Part shown: one piece after another, positions 62,011 to 64,000 of the stretch
Numbering within the stretch: position 1 is the stretch's first letter
Layout: every line of letters begins with the position of its first letter
Assembly (NCBI GenBank): GCA_963815095.1
Contig: CAWFFH010000004.1
Span: 192,001-256,000, forward strand
Direction: 5' to 3'
Length of the DNA: 64,000 nucleotides
Source of the DNA: Candidatus Bathyarchaeota archaeon
GTDB lineage: Archaea > Thermoproteota > Bathyarchaeia > Bathyarchaeales > Bathycorpusculaceae
Notes under the pieces: generated by a model
What the model was told of the DNA's origin: nothing
Seen by the model: only the letters and a program-made list of their open reading frames with translations
Databases searched by the model: none
Program-made: the position numbers and the translations under genes

Positions 62011-62544
62011 ATGTACATCCGAGAAACTATTGCAGCTGACCTCAACGACATCCTATATGTCGAAAAAGCGGCGTTCACCCGCGATATCGAAGCCAACCTG
62101 ACAAAGGAACTATTAACTGATCTATCGGCAAAACCACTAATTTCCCTAATAGCATACATCGACGAACAACCGGTAGGACATATATTGTTCACCAACGCAT
62201 ACCTAACCAATCATCCAGAGGTTTCGGTTTCCTTTTTGGCTCCCCTCGCAGTCATACCCAAATATCAAAAGCAAGGCATCGGTGGTAAACTGATCCAAAG
62301 AGGCTTACAACTGTTATCAAAAAACAATTTTGACTTGGTCTTTGTGGTAGGTCATCCGCAGTATTATCCGCGAAGTGGATTCTCCCCAGCCACTAAACAG
62401 GGCTTTGAAGCAACGTACCCAATCCCTGAGAAACAAATTGACGCTTGGATGGTTTTAGCCCTTAGCCCAAACATAATTGGCAAGGTCTCAGGCAGAGTCA
62501 TTTGTTGTGACACTTTAAATAAACCTGAACTTTGGAGAGAATAA
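62011..62544 (+). CDS. GNAT N-acetyltransferase (YhbS-like)
   Basis: VGHILF...LAPLAV.P.YQKQGIG..L...V.GHP.YYPR.GF. Confidence 0.9.
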   Translation: MYIRETIAADLNDILYVEKAAFTRDIEANLTKELLTDLSAKPLISLIAYIDEQPVGHILFTNAYLTNHPEVSVSFLAPLAVIPKYQKQGIGGKLIQRGLQLLSKNNFDLVFVVGHPQYYPRSGFSPATKQGFEATYPIPEKQIDAWMVLALSPNIIGKVSGRVICCDTLNKPELWRE

Positions 62545-62626
62545 TCTAAAGCTCCGTATTTGTCATTCTCTCGATTAGAATTCCGTAAAGAGTATGTTTA
62601 TTGCTTTCGTTATCGCATTTTGGTGT

Positions 62627-62936
62627 GGGCTGGCGAGTTGGTGTGTGGCTTTCGGACCCAAATTTGGGTCTGAGGAAACTCCGCCCACATGTAGAATTGC
62701 AGTCCTCCGGGACAGCGCGAGAGCGTTGGCAACGGAGCAGAAACGAAACGTCCACCCAGACAGGCAATGACACATTTGTGATGTCGAGTGCGCTGGATTG
62801 GAAGCGGTGAAACGGCCGTCCTGCAAGTGGAAAGGGCAAACAGTCGCCGATGAAGCATCTACCGGAAGGCGCGGGTAGCCCGATTAGCCGAATGCCACAG
62901 ACAACAGAAGGCGGGTTACTGCCAACACACCAGCCC
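62627..62936 (+). ncRNA. rnpB: RNase P RNA
   Basis: GGGCTGG/CCAGCCC P1; GAGGAAACTCCGCC and ACAGAAGGCGGGTTAC (P4); CAGAAAC and GGTGAAAC conserved elements. Confidence 0.95.
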
Positions 62937-63104
62937 AAATCTTTGATCCATATCCACTTTTCCAGCGTCGTAGAAAAAGTCGCCCTAATTCTTGAACATC
63001 TGAGTTAGATATATTTAGCCAGCTTCTAATTTTTACCTCGATTTCTATCAGTTTCTATTAATCCAAATCAAGGCTTTACAGAAATGACAATTAAAAGAAT
63101 ATTG

Positions 63105-63479
63105 TTAATCCAGTGTTTTACTAGTAAATGGCGTTTCACAGTAAGGACAAAAAGAAAAATTCGTAGATTGCAATTCGTTACCACAGTTTCTACATTTAAC
63201 TAGCATTCCGTTTGCGGGTTTAAATTTGGCACCCAGAATTCTTGGTTCGGATTGCTTGATATTTTTCGCTGCATATGCTGCTGCTATTCCGATGGCCAAA
63301 GAAATAGCTGAGCTAATTGCTAATGAGAAAAAATATTCTTTGTAAGGGTATTGAGGATAAGTTCCTAATGGACCGAGGTCGACTTTAATCACATAATATT
63401 GGGTGAAGACAGTTGCAACAATTAAGATTAGAAAGATACTAGTGGCAATATTTCCAATTATTTCAGCTGAGTTACCCAT
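63105..63479 (-). CDS. 2-TM protein with C-terminal zinc ribbon
   Basis: CRNCG...FCPYCE. Confidence 0.75.
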   Translation of the reverse strand: MGNSAEIIGNIATSIFLILIVATVFTQYYVIKVDLGPLGTYPQYPYKEYFFSLAISSAISLAIGIAAAYAAKNIKQSEPRILGAKFKPANGMLVKCRNCGNELQSTNFSFCPYCETPFTSKTLD

Positions 63480-63729
63480 AATTTAATTCTCAAACATTAT
63501 TTATCAAATTCTAATTTAAATTTATAACATCTCTGGTTGTCAAATGCAAGACACCTCGCTTAACGAGTGCACTTCCCTAATGCTTACCCACCTCGCAAGG
63601 AAGGGCTTTAACTTGCAACATTCTAATCCTATTACAATGCAATTTTGAGTCTATCCAGTAAGACGCGAAAGCGAATAGAAAAGAGAATGCATATATTTAG
63701 AACAAATCTACATTATATTAGTGAATTTT

Positions 63730-64000
63730 ATGATTAATTTTGAAGAAATTATGGGGTTAAAGGTAGTAACTTCAGAAGCGCATATTATTGGAGAAGTGAA
63801 AGGAGCAAAAATTGATACCGCAACTTGGACTATAAAGTTCTTGAACGTGAAACTTACCGGTGACGCTGCTGAGAGTCTTGGATTCAAAAAGAGATTTAGA
63901 AGTTCCAAAATTTGTATTCCAGTTGGTATGGTTCGAGCAGTTGCGCATGTCGTGACGATCTCAAGGACTATAGCAGAGTTGGAAAGCTCTCAAGAAATTG
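63730..64000 (+). CDS. PRC-barrel domain protein (runs off the window end)
   Basis: Manual translation MINFEEIMGLKVVTSEAHIIGEVKGAKIDTATWTI...IPVGMVRAVAHVVTI; GTGA RBS. Confidence 0.8.
   Translation, partial: MINFEEIMGLKVVTSEAHIIGEVKGAKIDTATWTIKFLNVKLTGDAAESLGFKKRFRSSKICIPVGMVRAVAHVVTISRTIAELESSQEI

Noticed and set aside
62546-62938. Four overlapping ORFs in the ORF track
   Set aside because: They overlap the GC-rich RNase P RNA gene and are spurious

Overview
Archaeal chromosome segment: TBP, pelota, proteasome alpha subunit, archaeal RNase P RNA, PolB2 and GGTGA-type ribosome-binding sites. The gene repertoire suggests Bathyarchaeia (inference only). Housekeeping and metabolic genes (citrate synthase, proAB, hppA, pelota, tbp, TtuA/Ncs6-type thiolase, AK6, tRNA-Val, tRNA-Ser, RNase P RNA) flank a ~17.5 kb integrated head-tail virus-like element (~16.8-34.4 kb). 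That element has a putative wHTH replication module, a CheB/CheR-PAS-GAF-histidine kinase cargo gene and an HK97-type morphogenesis operon in unusual order. It shows no visible terminase, has a very short tape measure, a six-hairpin/alpha-alpha barrel domain fused to the head-closure protein and a -1 slippery site in the tail chaperone, and ends in a deletion joining a tail gene to an integrase fragment. Also notable: an unannotated C/D-box guide RNA predicted to target 23S Gm2251, a DUF2400-like/nuclease fusion, a RecA-like/small protein/PolB2 cassette, a divergent TFS paralog and several unannotated microproteins. Frameshifts are concentrated in the element and may be sequencing errors. All family assignments come from motif reading, not database searches.
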